Assembly: GCF_004010195.1 (NCBI RefSeq)
Contig: NC_057718.1
Coordinates: 39,538,635 to 39,602,634, forward strand
Length of the DNA: 64,000 nucleotides
From: Chiloscyllium plagiosum
Taxonomy: Eukaryota
Direction of reading: 5' to 3'
The notes beneath the pieces were generated by a model. It was not told where the DNA came from. It saw only the letters and a program-made list of their open reading frames with translations, and searched no databases. The translations under genes were made by a program, and so were the position numbers. Numbering within the stretch: the stretch's first letter is position 1; each line of letters starts with the position of its first letter. Of this stretch, positions 36,901 through 49,732 are shown in pieces.

Positions 36901-37081
36901 TTTCATAAAAAATGATTCATAATTACCATTGTAATCTTTGATGATATAATCAAGTTTGCAGTTGAAGACTTTAATTCAGCACCCACTGCATATTGCACTC
37001 ATGGCAGATATTTGAAGTATTAGCAATTGCAAAATTATTAGAATTATATTACCACCAGAATACTTTAAAACAATTTCCTTT

Positions 37082-37190
37082 GAGTGGTACAGTGGTAGTG
37101 TCCTGACCTCTACACCCAGAAACCTAGGTTCAAGTCCCACCTGCTTCAGAGGTGAGTAATAACATCTCTGAATAGATTGATTAGAAAAAT
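37082..37190 (+). mobile_element. Short tRNA-derived SINE
   Basis: A box tggtacagtgg and B box ggttcaagtcc; same family in reverse at 46573-46665. Confidence 0.6.
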
Positions 37191-37381
37191 AGGTTAAATT
37201 GTTAAAAACTCCAGTTGGTCACGATTTTTTAAGTCCTATTATTATGAAAAGTTGGACCTATTAAGTCACTGTCAAATAAAAATGTTTCTATTGTAATCCT
37301 TCAATGATAAGAATATTATAATGCAAAATAAAATTTAGTTTACAAAACTTGCTTCACTATAATCCAGATATTTTTAAACAT

Positions 37382-37675
37382 TGTCTTTTCCCCATGGTGG
37401 GGGAGTCTAAAGTTGAGGGCATGGATTTAAGATGAGAGGGGAAAGATTTAAAAGGGATGTAAGGGGCAACTTATTCATGCAGAGGGTGAAATGAGCTGTC
37501 AAAGGAAGTGGTTGAGGTTTGTACAATTACAAAATTTAAAATGCACCTGGATGGGTATATGAACAGGAAGGGTTTAGAGGAATATGGGCCAATGATTAAT
37601 TTAGGATATTTGATCAGCATGGACGAGTTGGACCGAAGGATCAGTTTCTATGCTGTACATCTCTGTGACTCTATT
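37382..37675 (+). mobile_element. CR1 3' fragment
   Basis: Matches CR1 tails elsewhere in the window (ggacgagttggaccgaagg...ctctgtgactct). Confidence 0.8.
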
Positions 37676-37850
37676 TTGTGTATTGATCACATTTGCTATG
37701 CACAGTGTTATCTATAATGGTTTATAATTGTTTAAAAAAAAGTAAAATATTTTATAATACCAAAATCCTATCTCATCATGCCAATGTTTATAACAGAAAC
37801 ATTGGCCTAGGAAGTGATTTACACCCCAATTCAGGCTTAAGCTCAGTGGT

Positions 37851-37934
37851 GAAAATGTGTTGCTGGAAAAGCGCAGCAGGTCAGGCAGCATCCAAGGAAC
37901 AGGAGAATCGACGTTTCGGGCATAAGCCCTTCTT
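37851..37934 (-). mobile_element. Single arm of the family-A palindromic element
   Basis: gaaaatgtgttgctggaaaagcgcagcagg...gggcataagcccttctt, near-identical to the arms at 5227 and 21308. Confidence 0.85.
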
Positions 37935-38519
37935 GATGCTGACAGCAAATGGATACATACACTGGGTCTCCTTGCATCATCAAGCTGTGACAATCTGTCA
38001 GGAGAACTGGTGGCACCCCAAGAGCTAAATGTAGTGATCCTGATGAAGAGAAGCATCAGTGAGCTGTACACCAGATCTTCAGTAAGTCTGGATAGAGGGA
38101 GTGCAAATGAAAGGGAGGGCAAATATTACCAACAGCAGCCCACAGTAAAAGGGCAGATCCAGAAGAATCCCTGCTCCTCGTTCAGATGAGTAAAAATATT
38201 GTTCGCAGTTCCTTAAGTGCCTCTAGTTTGGTTCGAGTTAATTGTTAGCATGAAGGTCATGATGCAGTCAGTCACAATCTGAAGTACTTTTGCAGTACTC
38301 ATCTCATCCATCTGCAGTAGTGTCAATGGGCCTCCAATTGTTCTATTTGCAAAACTAACCTTTATTCATAAATGATCTGCAAGTTCATTACAAAATAATT
38401 CTAGTTGGACATTACAGAATGAAAAGTTACATTTCTCAGTTAAGCACTTTACACTCTTGAATGCTTCAAACCAAATACAAAACTGAAACATTTACTAAAT
38501 GTGGACCAGAAACTATGCA

Positions 38520-40680
38520 CGTTTCAATGTTAGCCACAAAGTGTTCAATATGTTGTCAGCCCCTCGGTATATTATAGCAGACAGGCCTTGGATGGTGACC
38601 TTTTCCTACAGTGCTTTGGCAGTGGATTCCCCAAACTTTAGTATGTCCCTCAGTCGTACACCTTAGAATGTGTCAGTCTTTAAAACTCAGTTGAGAACAA
38701 CTCTTTGCACTGGAAGACAAACGAGTTTCAGACAGACCAAAGAGCATCTTTGATCAAGTTGCTGGATCTCCAGGCGCAGTTGATGTTTGTCTTGATGTAT
38801 GTCCCAGAACAGAGTCTATAGAGCACAGAGTCCTGTGTTACAGATCTCCCTGGGATGAACCTCAACAAAAACCTCTGCATCTCACTTCAGGGATTCTTTG
38901 CAAAGACACATTCCAGAATGAAATGTATGCCAGTTTATTCACCAGTACTACTGTTCTGAAGGTGCAGAGAGTCCAGGCCTACATTAAAAATCTGACAGGT
39001 AGTGCCCTTCTCACCACCAGCCAAACTACATCTCCGTGCTTGTTGGAAAATTCTGCCAATGAGACATTCTGCCAAATTATTTTGATGGTTCTGCTCAGAC
39101 AACCATCTAACAGATCAAACATCATCTTTCCCTGTGATGATTTTATGTACTGACTGCTGCATATGGATTTGTGGGTCAAAGATGCTTGCAAGTATAAATT
39201 TTTCCATGAGGGATAGTGGTGCAACGTGGTCCAACTACTGTGTTCCCCTGCAACATGGCCAGACCCACCCTTCACAGGTAGAATCTCTGCATGTGGTGAC
39301 ACTAAATGATTGCACACTGTCTAGGCACAGCTTGATGCAGCCACACACAAATGTGACCGTCATGGTGAGGTTGACATTAGCACATTTTTCACACTCTATC
39401 CAGAGACTTTGATATGGTAACTCTACCCCCCCCCCCAGCTGTGGTGCAGGATCAGGGAATGGGGCAGAGCTGTGCCACATGCATGAACAAGAGCAGCTCA
39501 TACCCAGTGACAAGGTTTTTATGCAATTTGGAGAGGGATCTGCACTCGCAAGTGCCCAGTTTCTGCTCCTCCCCATTTTTAGCTTGCCCCTCTGAACCAG
39601 ATTCTTAGCATTTTCAAGTAATCTGACATGATGGTGCAGAAAATAAAAGATTGGTCAATTAGCTCCCTAAGAACTTGGTCTCACCACTGCCTTGATTGGC
39701 CAAGGCTCCTGAGGTCAGATTGAACTCGTTACAGATGCTTATCAAGTCTGCACACTGACAGTGGATCTGAGCAGAAAGCAGCAATGTATCCATGTACAGG
39801 AAGCCTTGACCTGTAGGCCTCTGCTGCCCGCAATTATCATTCTGCTAAAGCCTGCATTCATCTTGGTGGACTCCGTGAAAGCCTCAGTGCAACACACAAA
39901 CAAGGCAAGAGAGAGGACAACCCTGCCTGACTCCAGATCCGATTCGGAAGCTTTCTGATTCCTATCCTTTGATTGAAACTCTTTTGTGTACAGCAGTCAG
40001 ATCCAATTGCAGATTCCCTCCCAAAGTACATCTATCAGATAGGTGTGTGATATTCTGCCAAAAAAATGTTTCCTTGCCCAGGCAGATGAAACAAGTGTCC
40101 ACTCTGTTGCCGTGCACATAAGTGACCACAGTAACAGAGGTGGATCACCAACCTTCAAACAGACTTGACCTTATTGACCAACACACTAGACAGAACCTCA
40201 TCGTCTACATTCAGCAGTCAGATTGGTTGGCAACTCCAAATTTCCTGCCAATTGTTATTTCAGGTGTAAAGTCTCTTTTAATGTGGCAATTTTAATCTGG
40301 ATTTGGAGTGCATCTAGTCAATCTGCCATAGGTGTCTGTGCATGTCAAATCAGTTAGGTTGTCCAGGGTCATTCAGGCAATCTGCCTGGTCACAGAGGTC
40401 AGTAGCACAGAAAGTCTCCGTGCTGCTGACAGAGTCACAGACGTCTGCAGCACAGATAAACATCCTTCAGCAGTGAAAGGGATGGATGGCAGACCAATGG
40501 CAGCATCAGATGGGAACAGGAGGGGTGGACTCACCCATCCCCGGGCACATGGGTCCAGCTCAGACATGGCGGTCACAGGAATGGTGGCGATAGAGGAACT
40601 GAGACCCAAGAGTCCAGTACAGACATTCAGTAGCCTATTTCAGAGACTCTGGCTCATGTCAAACAGTGACTGGAGGAGCA
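38520..40680 (-). mobile_element. Decayed Tx1/L1-clade LINE ORF2
   Basis: Minus-strand remnants QPI*LLNVDDEVLS (compare RPISLLNVDYKIL), GRISHTYL, LYMD, IWQNVSLAEFSNKHGDVVWLVVRRALPVR, ILECVFAK. Confidence 0.75.
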
Positions 40681-41089
40681 ACAGAGGAGGAACAAGAAGA
40701 GCGAAAAGTAAACTCTATTGCAGTAAAATCTTGCATTATGTTCCGTATTTCAAGATGCCACTGGAGCATGCGACACTTTACATATAACACATGAAAAAAC
40801 ACTTTTCATGGTATTCTTATATACAGGTGACAATCTGAGTTTTCTATGAGCTTATACTGGAAACCACGTGTAATATTTACCATCAGATTTGATAATGGAT
40901 CATTCAAATTTATCTTGTTTTTTTAAAAGATGCAATTGAAATTTAGAAGTCCAAATTAAGTTTTTAACCAAATATGAAATTCAAAAGCTTACACTTCACA
41001 ATAACATTCTTAAATTTGTCTACCAAATTAAGTTTCATGTGTCTTAATGCATTCATGTGACAAGTTTTGAGGACCTGCAGTACTTTGTA

Positions 41090-41610
41090 CAATTGTGATC
41101 CCCTTACTTGATAGAGTTGTCATTGTATTGGAGGCAAATGGGACTATATAACTAGATTGATCCAGAGATGAGGGATTTGTCTTATGAAGGTAGATTGTGC
41201 AGGTTAGGCCTATCCTGTTTGGAGTTTAGAAGAATGAAAAAAGATCTATTTAATATAAGATGCTAAAAGGCATTGACAATGTAGACGTAGAAAGGAGGTT
41301 TCCTTGTGGGGAAATCTGGAAAAAGAGGTCATGGTTTTAAGGATAGCAGATTTCAAATGGAAATGAAGAGAAATTACTTCTCTCAAAGGGTCATGAATCA
41401 GTGGTATTCAATAGAGTATGGTAGATCATGGGTCGTTGAGTAAATTTAAGGAGAAGATAGATGGATTTTTATTTTGTATTGGTTAAAGGATTATGGGGAG
41501 TGGGTAGGAAAGTGGAGTTGAGATGAGATCAGCCCGTGATCATATTAAATGGTGGAACAGGCTCAAGGGGCTGAATTGCCGATTCTAGTTCTTATATTCT
41601 TAAGATTCCT
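41090..41610 (+). mobile_element. Old CR1 3' fragment
   Basis: gagatgagggatttgtcttatgaag...gagaaattacttctctcaaaggg, CR1 tail. Confidence 0.7.
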
Positions 41611-41861
41611 GATACCAGATTACCATTTGCAACATTCTCCATTTGTTATACTTGATACCAGATCAAAACCAGATACAAATCTTCTCACAAACTTTGAATA
41701 CAAACAACATTTTTTAACAATGGATGTACAGAGAAACAAAACAATACGATTGTGTTTCCTTCCTCGGGTATAGACAAAATCCAGTCATTGTTTGTCTTTT
41801 CTAATCCTGGTTCTTTTGTACAAATTGTTGAAGAAAAACTCACAAAATTACATCCTCTTCT

Positions 41862-42145
41862 CATAGTCATAGTAACACAACACGGAAACCGACCCTTCGG
41901 TCCAACCAGTTAATTCAACCATAATCCCAAACTAAACTAGCCCCACCTGCTTGTGCTAGGCCCATATCCCTCCAAACATTTCTTATTCATGTATTATCCA
42001 AATGTCTTTTAAACATTGCAACTGTATCGCAGCCACCACTTCCTCTGGAAGTTCATTCTACAGTCTAACCACACTCCATGTAAAAAAGGTTGTTCCTCAT
42101 GTCTTTTTTAAATCTTTCTCCTCTCACCTTAAAAATATGCCCCCT
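41862..42145 (-). mobile_element. CR1 3' fragment
   Basis: Tail catagtcatagt...cacggaaaccgacccttcgg as in the 13581 copy. Confidence 0.8.
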
Positions 42146-42499
42146 AACAAATATTATTGTGAAAAAGAGTCCGAGAAAGAAAGTATTTCCTGCAAACCTG
42201 AAGGTACCAATTTGGTTCTTATCCTATCTTTACTGTTCCATTTTCTCATCTCAAAACAACCTTAGCTAAGTGTTTCCTAACATGACCATGGAAATATATA
42301 AATCATACACCCTATAGTTTCAGCAAACAATTAAAGCACTGTGTCAGCTAAAATTGTACAATGACAAATTGAACCTTGGAGAAACCAGAAATGAATAACT
42401 TTGAGCCATTACATTTCTTCTAGTTTCAATAGACATTTATGAAAACTTTACATAATATCAAATTAAATCTTCATCTCACATTGCTTACTTTGGTACATT

Positions 42500-42915
42500 A
42501 TCCACTGCAACATATTGGAGCCCAGTTCCAACAGCTCATAAACTTTAAAAATTCTCATTCTTATAATTAATTCCCTCCATGCCCACTCTATTCATTGTAA
42601 TTTCCTCCAGCCCGACAAACCTCACATGATCTTTTTCACTTCATCAATTCTAGCCTCTTCTACATCCCTGCTTTTAATGGCGTTACTCTTGATGCCTGTG
42701 CTTTCATCTGCTGAGGCTGTAATCTCTGAAACTTCATTCCTAAACCTGTCCACCTTTGCTTGTTTCAGATGCTCCTTAATGTTTACTTCTGTCTATGCTT
42801 TTGGTCATCTGTCCTATTACGTCATTACATGCTTTGGTGTCTTATTTTGTCTGTTGTTGGATTTGTGAACAGCTTTGAGATTTCCTATATTTGAGGTGCA
42901 ATATAAATATAACTT
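42500..42915 (+). mobile_element. Old L2-like LINE 3' end
   Basis: FKILIL-type remnant and tgcaatataaat tail; paralogous to 58380-58840. Confidence 0.55.
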
Positions 42916-44829
42916 TCTGATTGTGATACACTTGAAAGTTTCACCTTCACCCAAAGACCTAGTCTTGGACTTAACAGGTGATTTAGATGCCTTCACATAG
43001 CATTAATAGATGGTAAAAGGCTCAAAATGAGGTTGGCGGTTGACTGCCTCATTAACAGTGGCAAGGTGTTTGTCCCTATTGTGAAAGTTGCAACCTCCAC
43101 TTTAATATGGAAATTGGTTGTCATGTGATACATACAGGACTGCAAATGTTATTTTTTGTTGGGCCTTGATTAAGTCTGCACCATGTAATCTATGATCAGC
43201 TTCGTGGGCAAATGAAACTGAAAAGGCCCACCAAAATGAAAATGTTGACTTATTCTGTGAGCTGCTGAGGTGCAGGTTTGTTTTTCTGGTGCTACCACCC
43301 AGAAACCCACCCTCCACGTTTATAATCCCCTCCTGCAATTTACATTTTATCAACTTCCCAAAACCTGATTCTAAGGCCTCAGTCAAGCAGGCTGAGTACT
43401 AGGGCCTCAAAATGATGGGGTTCTGGACCTTTTGGTCTATTGATAGTTGCTCAAAATGATTTACCTGACTTAGCTGCAGCCCAACAATCTCTTGCAATGC
43501 ATCAGTAGTATTTAGGTACCCAAACAATTAAATGCCATTCTTCGGTGTCTATATTAAATCTGTGTGCTTCACAAATACATAATTTGAAAGAGTGCTAGGC
43601 TCAAGCTGTTACTATCACTCAGTAATTTCACATCATGTGTAATATCAATCATTCACTTTTTAAAAATCATTGCTGCTTGCTAACTGACAAGAAAATATAT
43701 ACAGCAATCACAAACTTTATACTTGCACCGCCTTCTTATTAAGTTTGAAATTGTCCACTCAGTAAGATTTGTGGTGACAACTTTTTAAATACATCAAAAA
43801 AGTTGAAACTACTATTTTCAATGGTGAAATGTGCTCCAATGGATTACTTTTAAAAATGATCCAATTATTTGTTTAAGTGTACAATGGGGAATTTTGGTAG
43901 AATCATGATGTATCAATGTCTCATTCTAAATAATGCAAAGAAAGTGGATAAAATGTGACTGGTCTGACATCACATTAGCCTCTTTAATAATCAAATGGCA
44001 ACACATGATATCAAAACAATGATAACTTTGCAAGATTGATTCTGTGGAAAAAAAGCTCTTCCAGTTATTTCATTTCATCCTTCTGGAATATTAATCATTT
44101 TTAACTACTCCAGCGTGTTACTGTACTCTCTTCTGTACTAACTCTCACTCACAAGGCACTGACACACTAATCATCCATTCCTACAGCAGGAAAATATCAT
44201 AAATCTCATAGTCTTCATGTATGTTTGTGAATACCACTTTTAATTCAGCAGTAACAAATTATCCTAACAATATTCTAATCAACAAAATCCTCCAGCATAT
44301 CCTCTATTTTTGAAAAAAATGATAGCTTTAATTTAAGGTGTTGTACTATCACAGTTACTTTTGAATGTGGTACCCACAAATTAAACCATGGGACATGCTG
44401 TTTTCAGTCTGAAGAGTTCAAATGAGGGATTACAGTCTTATAATAATCAAATTCTTTGGAAATGCCTATGCTAAAAACTATAATACTCCATCATTGAACT
44501 TATTCAGATCAAAAATGATAAATTCTTGGAATCGAAGTGAGTCAAGGAACATGGGCGACAGTAGGAAGGTAAAATTGAGGTAGAAGAGCAGCGATTTTCA
44601 TAGAAATGGATGAATAGGATCAAAGAGACAAATAACCTACTCACGGTTCTGTTTCGTGTTAGGTCAAGTCTGATTAGATTTGTGAGAGTTGCTATCATGA
44701 ATGGCACACGTTTTGTTCATTTGTCTTAATAAATGTGTATCCATGAACTGTTTTTCTTTCCATATCCCATACTGGAATATAGATAAAATACATATTTTTA
44801 AAATTCATGTGCAATGTTGCCTATTAATT

Positions 44830-45300
44830 TGCCCGATGTTGCTAAATCTGGTTCGTGTGTGTTTGACTCCGTGCAATGAATGCTCGGTTTGGGGCGAGAG
44901 CATCTGCTGACGCTGGCGGACGGATGTGGTAGTGCTGAAGCTGCTGCCGGCAGTGCTGCTACTCTCTGGGAGCCAGCGGAAAGCGCGGGGATTTCCAATC
45001 ATCTACCATTGGCGTCAGTCTGCGGCAGGCAAGAAAGAACTTTCTTCTTTCCTCGCTGCCTTCTGTGGATCTGAGCTCGTTTCATTTCGATCTGGCTTTC
45101 AAAATGAACATTTTTTCCTAGGTGAGAACAAACGATATCGAAAATAATGAAAGTTCTGTTGTTAAGTCTGGTGACAAATACATTCAAAGCTTTCATACCG
45201 CCTTAAGCCGAAATTCACAACCGACAGCATATTTCTCTCTCTAAATAATGGTGCAACGGCGGAAAGCAAGAATATGCAAATTTGTTTACAGCCGTTGCAA
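44830..45300 (+). promoter_or_regulatory. Second CpG-rich promoter / alternative first exon candidate
   Basis: Local CpG enrichment; perfect kappaB site GGGGATTTCC (44987-44996), ISRE-like gtttcatttc (45079-45088), donor TAG|gtgaga at 45122, octamer ATGCAAAT (45274-45281) next to forkhead TGTTTAC. Confidence 0.55.
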
Positions 45301-45524
45301 TGTTTCACTAGTCAATAAAGTAGGACCATAGGGTAGTCCAAAACACTTTACAATCATTTAAGTACTTTATGTGAGTTGTGATTGTCGTTGCAACTTGGGA
45401 AACTTGCTAACTTTTTCAGCAGCAATGCAACAATGATCCTGATGTTGACAGAGGGATTACAAACTGGCTCTGACATTCTGTGGATAACCCATTTCCTCAT
45501 TTTCAGGTTACGAAATCTTTTGCA

Positions 45525-45710
45525 TCTACCTGAAAAGGAAGTTAGGGCCTTACTTTAGCATCTCAACCAAAAGAAAAGTCACCTCCAACAGCAGAGCACT
45601 TCTTTCCTCAATACTGCGGTGGAGTATCAGCCTTATTAAGCTTTGTGCTCAAGCCCTCCAGCAGGATTTGAACTCATGACCTGTTGACTCAACCATCAGC
45701 CGAACCACAG
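45525..45710 (-). mobile_element. Deu-domain tRNA-derived SINE (SacSINE1-like), decayed
   Basis: Reverse complement has B box gagttcaaatcc then ttgagcacaaa...gcagtattgagg...tgttggaggtgac. Confidence 0.55.
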
Positions 45711-46249
45711 TGGTCAGGGTGGGGGAAACAATGTGTTCGAGAAAGATGCTTAATTTAATTCGTTCACAACTTTGTTCCAGTGATCTGAGAGACTTTTTTT
45801 TCTGTAATAATTCTAGACATTTAGCAGGATGCAGCAAAAGCCCTTTAACATGTCCCTCATTTTATTGTAAAATGTGTTTGTTTATATATAAGTGACTGGT
45901 GTCGACTCTCTTGCAGTAGGAGGCTATTGGTAAAATGGGCTCAAAATGAGCAGCCACTCTACAGGTTCCAACAACACGAAGCTATGCCGAGGTTTCTGTG
46001 CAAAGTAAACTTGAGTGTAAGCCACTCCCATCAATTGTAATCAGTTTGTAACTGGACAACCACATATGGCAACTGGGATTATCACTAAATGAAGCATTCT
46101 TCAACTTTTAAAACTAATTGGTCGAGAGAACAGCAGGGCAGGTCATTTGACCAATTTTGTATTCTTAGGTTTCATTTGTTTGACTTCAGTCGCCTACTGG
46201 TCAGGTGGTTATGGGCATGTTTTCAAATCAGGAGTAAGCCACTTGCTAT

Positions 46250-46955
46250 ACCACTCAATAAGATCAAGCCTGGCCCCTGATTTTTAAACTGTGACCCCTA
46301 GTTCTAGATTCTCCTGTAAGAAGGAACATTGTCTTTACATCCGTCGAGATGGATCAAGTTGCTTTCAATCAAGTTTGCTTCAGTCAACTTGACTCTAATT
46401 CTTCCAGTGGATGTAACTGTACCCTGTCCACGAATGGCAACCTGCCCATTCATGATATTGGACTAGGAAACCTCCCTGAATTGCTTCCAACATATTTACC
46501 CCTGTCCTTAATTAAAGAGGCCACTACTGTTCACAGTACCCCAGATGTGGTATCATAATGTTCAGTAGTTAATTTAATCAACCTGTTTGGACATGTTATG
46601 ACATACCTCCAGTGCAAGTGGGACTTCAACCTAGACGTTGGAATGCTACCACTGTGCCATAAGACCCCTACCAATGCCCTCCACATTCAAGGCATAACAT
46701 CTCTGCTTTTTTCAATTCTCTTCACAATTAACAGTAAACTTCTATTAGCTTTCCTACATAAAGTCACTAAAGTCCCAGCAAGTTGTAGGGCTGATCACTT
46801 AGAGAGAGGTAGCTGGTGGTGAGTTTAATCTGAGGGTCACTAAGCCTCTGGTAAGGGGTGAGGTTGCAAGGTAGGACCTTCATGGTAACCTCAGCCAGAG
46901 CAGTGGTGTTCCTTTGCATAACAAATCAGCTGTCCAGCTAACTGAGCAAACTGGC
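46250..46955 (-). mobile_element. Cluster of a CR1 fragment (46250-46560) and two tRNA-derived SINE fragments (46573-46665, 46780-46955)
   Basis: Similarity to CR1 and SINE copies elsewhere in the window. Confidence 0.5.
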
Positions 46956-48114
46956 ATTAATGGTAGACAAGATACATCATTATCCCATGAGAAGTGTTTG
47001 CTAAGTCTTTCTATATGATTGTAGTCTGTAGAACTGACTAGTTTAGAACTAATGTAGAATATCTGACTAACCCCTCGCAGGCAGCCACTTATCAGTGTGC
47101 AAAGCTTTTGAGTGAACCCTTTCAGGCCAATGTCTTATACAATATCTGCAACAACTTACTTTTCTACCTACCTTTGTGCCTTCAGCAAATTTAACAAGTA
47201 AACTTGTGGTCCCTTCTTATTTGGGGGGAAATCATGCAAACACTCCAGCCTGTGAACAAAATAAGTAAAATATATTCTAGATGTATAAAATAGAAATTAA
47301 TGCAACATCAAGAAAATACAGAAAATAAAATGATAGAAAATAGTGTTGTACTTGAAGGTTTGTAATCGTGTTGTGCAAAGAAAGATGAAGGACAACCTAG
47401 AAATTAGAAAGCAATTAAGATTGCTAGTAGAAACTTCATAATAACTTTCACAGGATCTGTCTGTGTTCAACTTGGCCTCAAATTGACTTAGATGCTTTAT
47501 CAAAAATAATGAGGAAAGATAATTAGTGAATCTATGTACTTTGACTTTAAGGAACATTTTGACTTTTCATTTAAGGTCCACTAAGTTCAAAATACTACCA
47601 TGTATTTCCTTTAAAGATGTGACTGTTTTATGAATTAGTTGTTAGTCTTTTTCTAAAAAACATTACCAACAAAATTAAGTTAGAGGAAAGCTCAGGAGGA
47701 AACCAGTATTTTCAACATAATGGAGAAACTAGCAAAATTGTACAGAAAGGGCAACTGTGATTATGGCCAACTCAACCATTCAGAACGACTGTTCCATGCC
47801 AATAGGAAAAGTAAACCTAATAATAGCAGCAATGGGTGTGGGATATATTGTAAATTGACTGAACATTCTCAGCAATCACTCTGATGAAGCCAAAGTTTCA
47901 CTTACAACTTCTGGACAAAAGATATATTCAGATGTGGCCTGTCTTTTGAATTGATGCTGGAATTCCAAACCTTGATGAAAGACTACCAAGTTTCACACTG
48001 GCTATGGTTGTTCTTTAGTAAATATACACGTGAAGCACTTTTACTTACTTTTGTGTAAGAAGTAAAACTTAAACTAGGAATAATGCAAGGTTAAGATAGT
48101 ATTTGGTTCTCGTC

Positions 48115-48932
48115 CATAGAAATATAGAAAGTAGAAGCAGGGGTAGTCCATTTGGCCCTTCAAGCCTGCTCACCACTCAATATTATCATGGCTGATCACA
48201 TAACACTGTACCTTGTTCCCACTTTCTCTCTGTGCCCTATGTTCCCTTTAGCTCTAAGAACTATGTCTAGTTCCTTCTTGAAAGCATTCAATGTTTTGGC
48301 ATCAACCACTTGCAGTGGCAAGAGAATTTCACTACTGTCTGCATGAAGAAGTTTCTTCTCATCTCAGTCCTACCCCATATCTTTAAACTGTGATCGTGGG
48401 TTCTGAACTGACTGGTCATTGGGAATACCCTTCCTGCATTTACTCTGTCCAGTCCAGTTAGAATTTTATTGGCTTTTGAGCTATCCCCTCATTCTTCTAA
48501 ACTCCAGTGAATGTAGACCTTACCAAGCCAGTCTCTTCAAATGATATTCCTGCCATCCCAGGAATCAGTCCTGTAAACTTTTGTCACTGTCTGTCCATAG
48601 CCAGAGCATCCTTCTTCAGATAAGGAAACCAAAAGTGTGTATAATACTCCAGGTGTGGTCTCAACAAGACATTACTCAATTGCAGCAAGACATCCATACT
48701 CCTAGGCCCGAATCTTCTTGCTATGAAGGACAAAATACCATTTGTCATCTTCAATGCCTGCTGCATCTGACTGGTTACTTTCATTGTGGACATGAGGACA
48801 CCCAGGTCTCATTGCACTTAATCCCTTGCCGAAACTATTGCCATTCAGATGATAATCTGCTGCCTTGTATTCGCTATCAAAATGGATAATCTCACATTTT
48901 CTGAGGAAGGGTCACTGGACCTGAAAAGTTAC
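48115..48932 (-). mobile_element. CR1 3' fragment, ending at a family-B hammerhead remnant (48900-48932, +)
   Basis: Minus-strand LLRPHLEYYTHFWFPYLKKD; ctgaggaagggtcactggacctgaaa. Confidence 0.75.
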
Positions 48933-49732
48933 ATTGCTAATTATTCCTTTCTGATTATACATTACCCAGATGGGATGGCATGTTTTCTAGTCAATTCTTC
49001 AATGTATTTATCCATAAAACCAACCCGCACACGCTGCACCTATCTATTAATTTGGCACACTGTTAGATTTGTTTGATAATACTCCTAGAAAGGGCTTTCA
49101 GCCATTACACCACATTAAAGACTTTATAAATGCAAGGTGTTGTCATTGAGGATCTGTCCCATCTAAATTGATTTTTAGAACAAGTAAGCTAAAATGTAAC
49201 CCAAGGTAAAATATAATTTTGAACTGTAACATTCCCGTAACATAAATATTAGGTAAATCCAACATTTTTGGCCAAATCCCAAGAAGGAGAGGGCAATCAG
49301 CCTAACGGAAGTATAAAATTCGTGAGCAAATATAGTGCACCAGGACTTTCGTACACTCGTCACAGGCAGCAGGGATTTAAATCCAGATTTTGCTCCAGAC
49401 ATTGGAAGATTTGGGCCATTGTCTTTTTTGTTAATCAAAAAGTCCATCTGTCCAGCTGCACATAAATTTTCCACAACATTAATTGAAAAAGAACGCATAG
49501 CCCTTTAGTTTCCTAACTAACATTTATCTCTGAAACATCTCCACCCAAGCTAAATTATTTGATCGTCGATTGATTTACTGTTTGTAGATTTTGGATCTAT
49601 GAAAATTACTGCTATCTTTAGCAGAAGTGACTGCACTTCAGAAAGAGGGCAATAGATTATATAGTGCTTTAGGAAAGGCATTAAATGAGTTCAAAGCTAC
49701 ATGAGTGCACATTCTTAATATATAATTGACAT

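Noticed and set aside
40332..40787. 151-aa plus-strand ORF
   Set aside because: Antisense to the decayed Tx1/L1 ORF2; no recognisable domain
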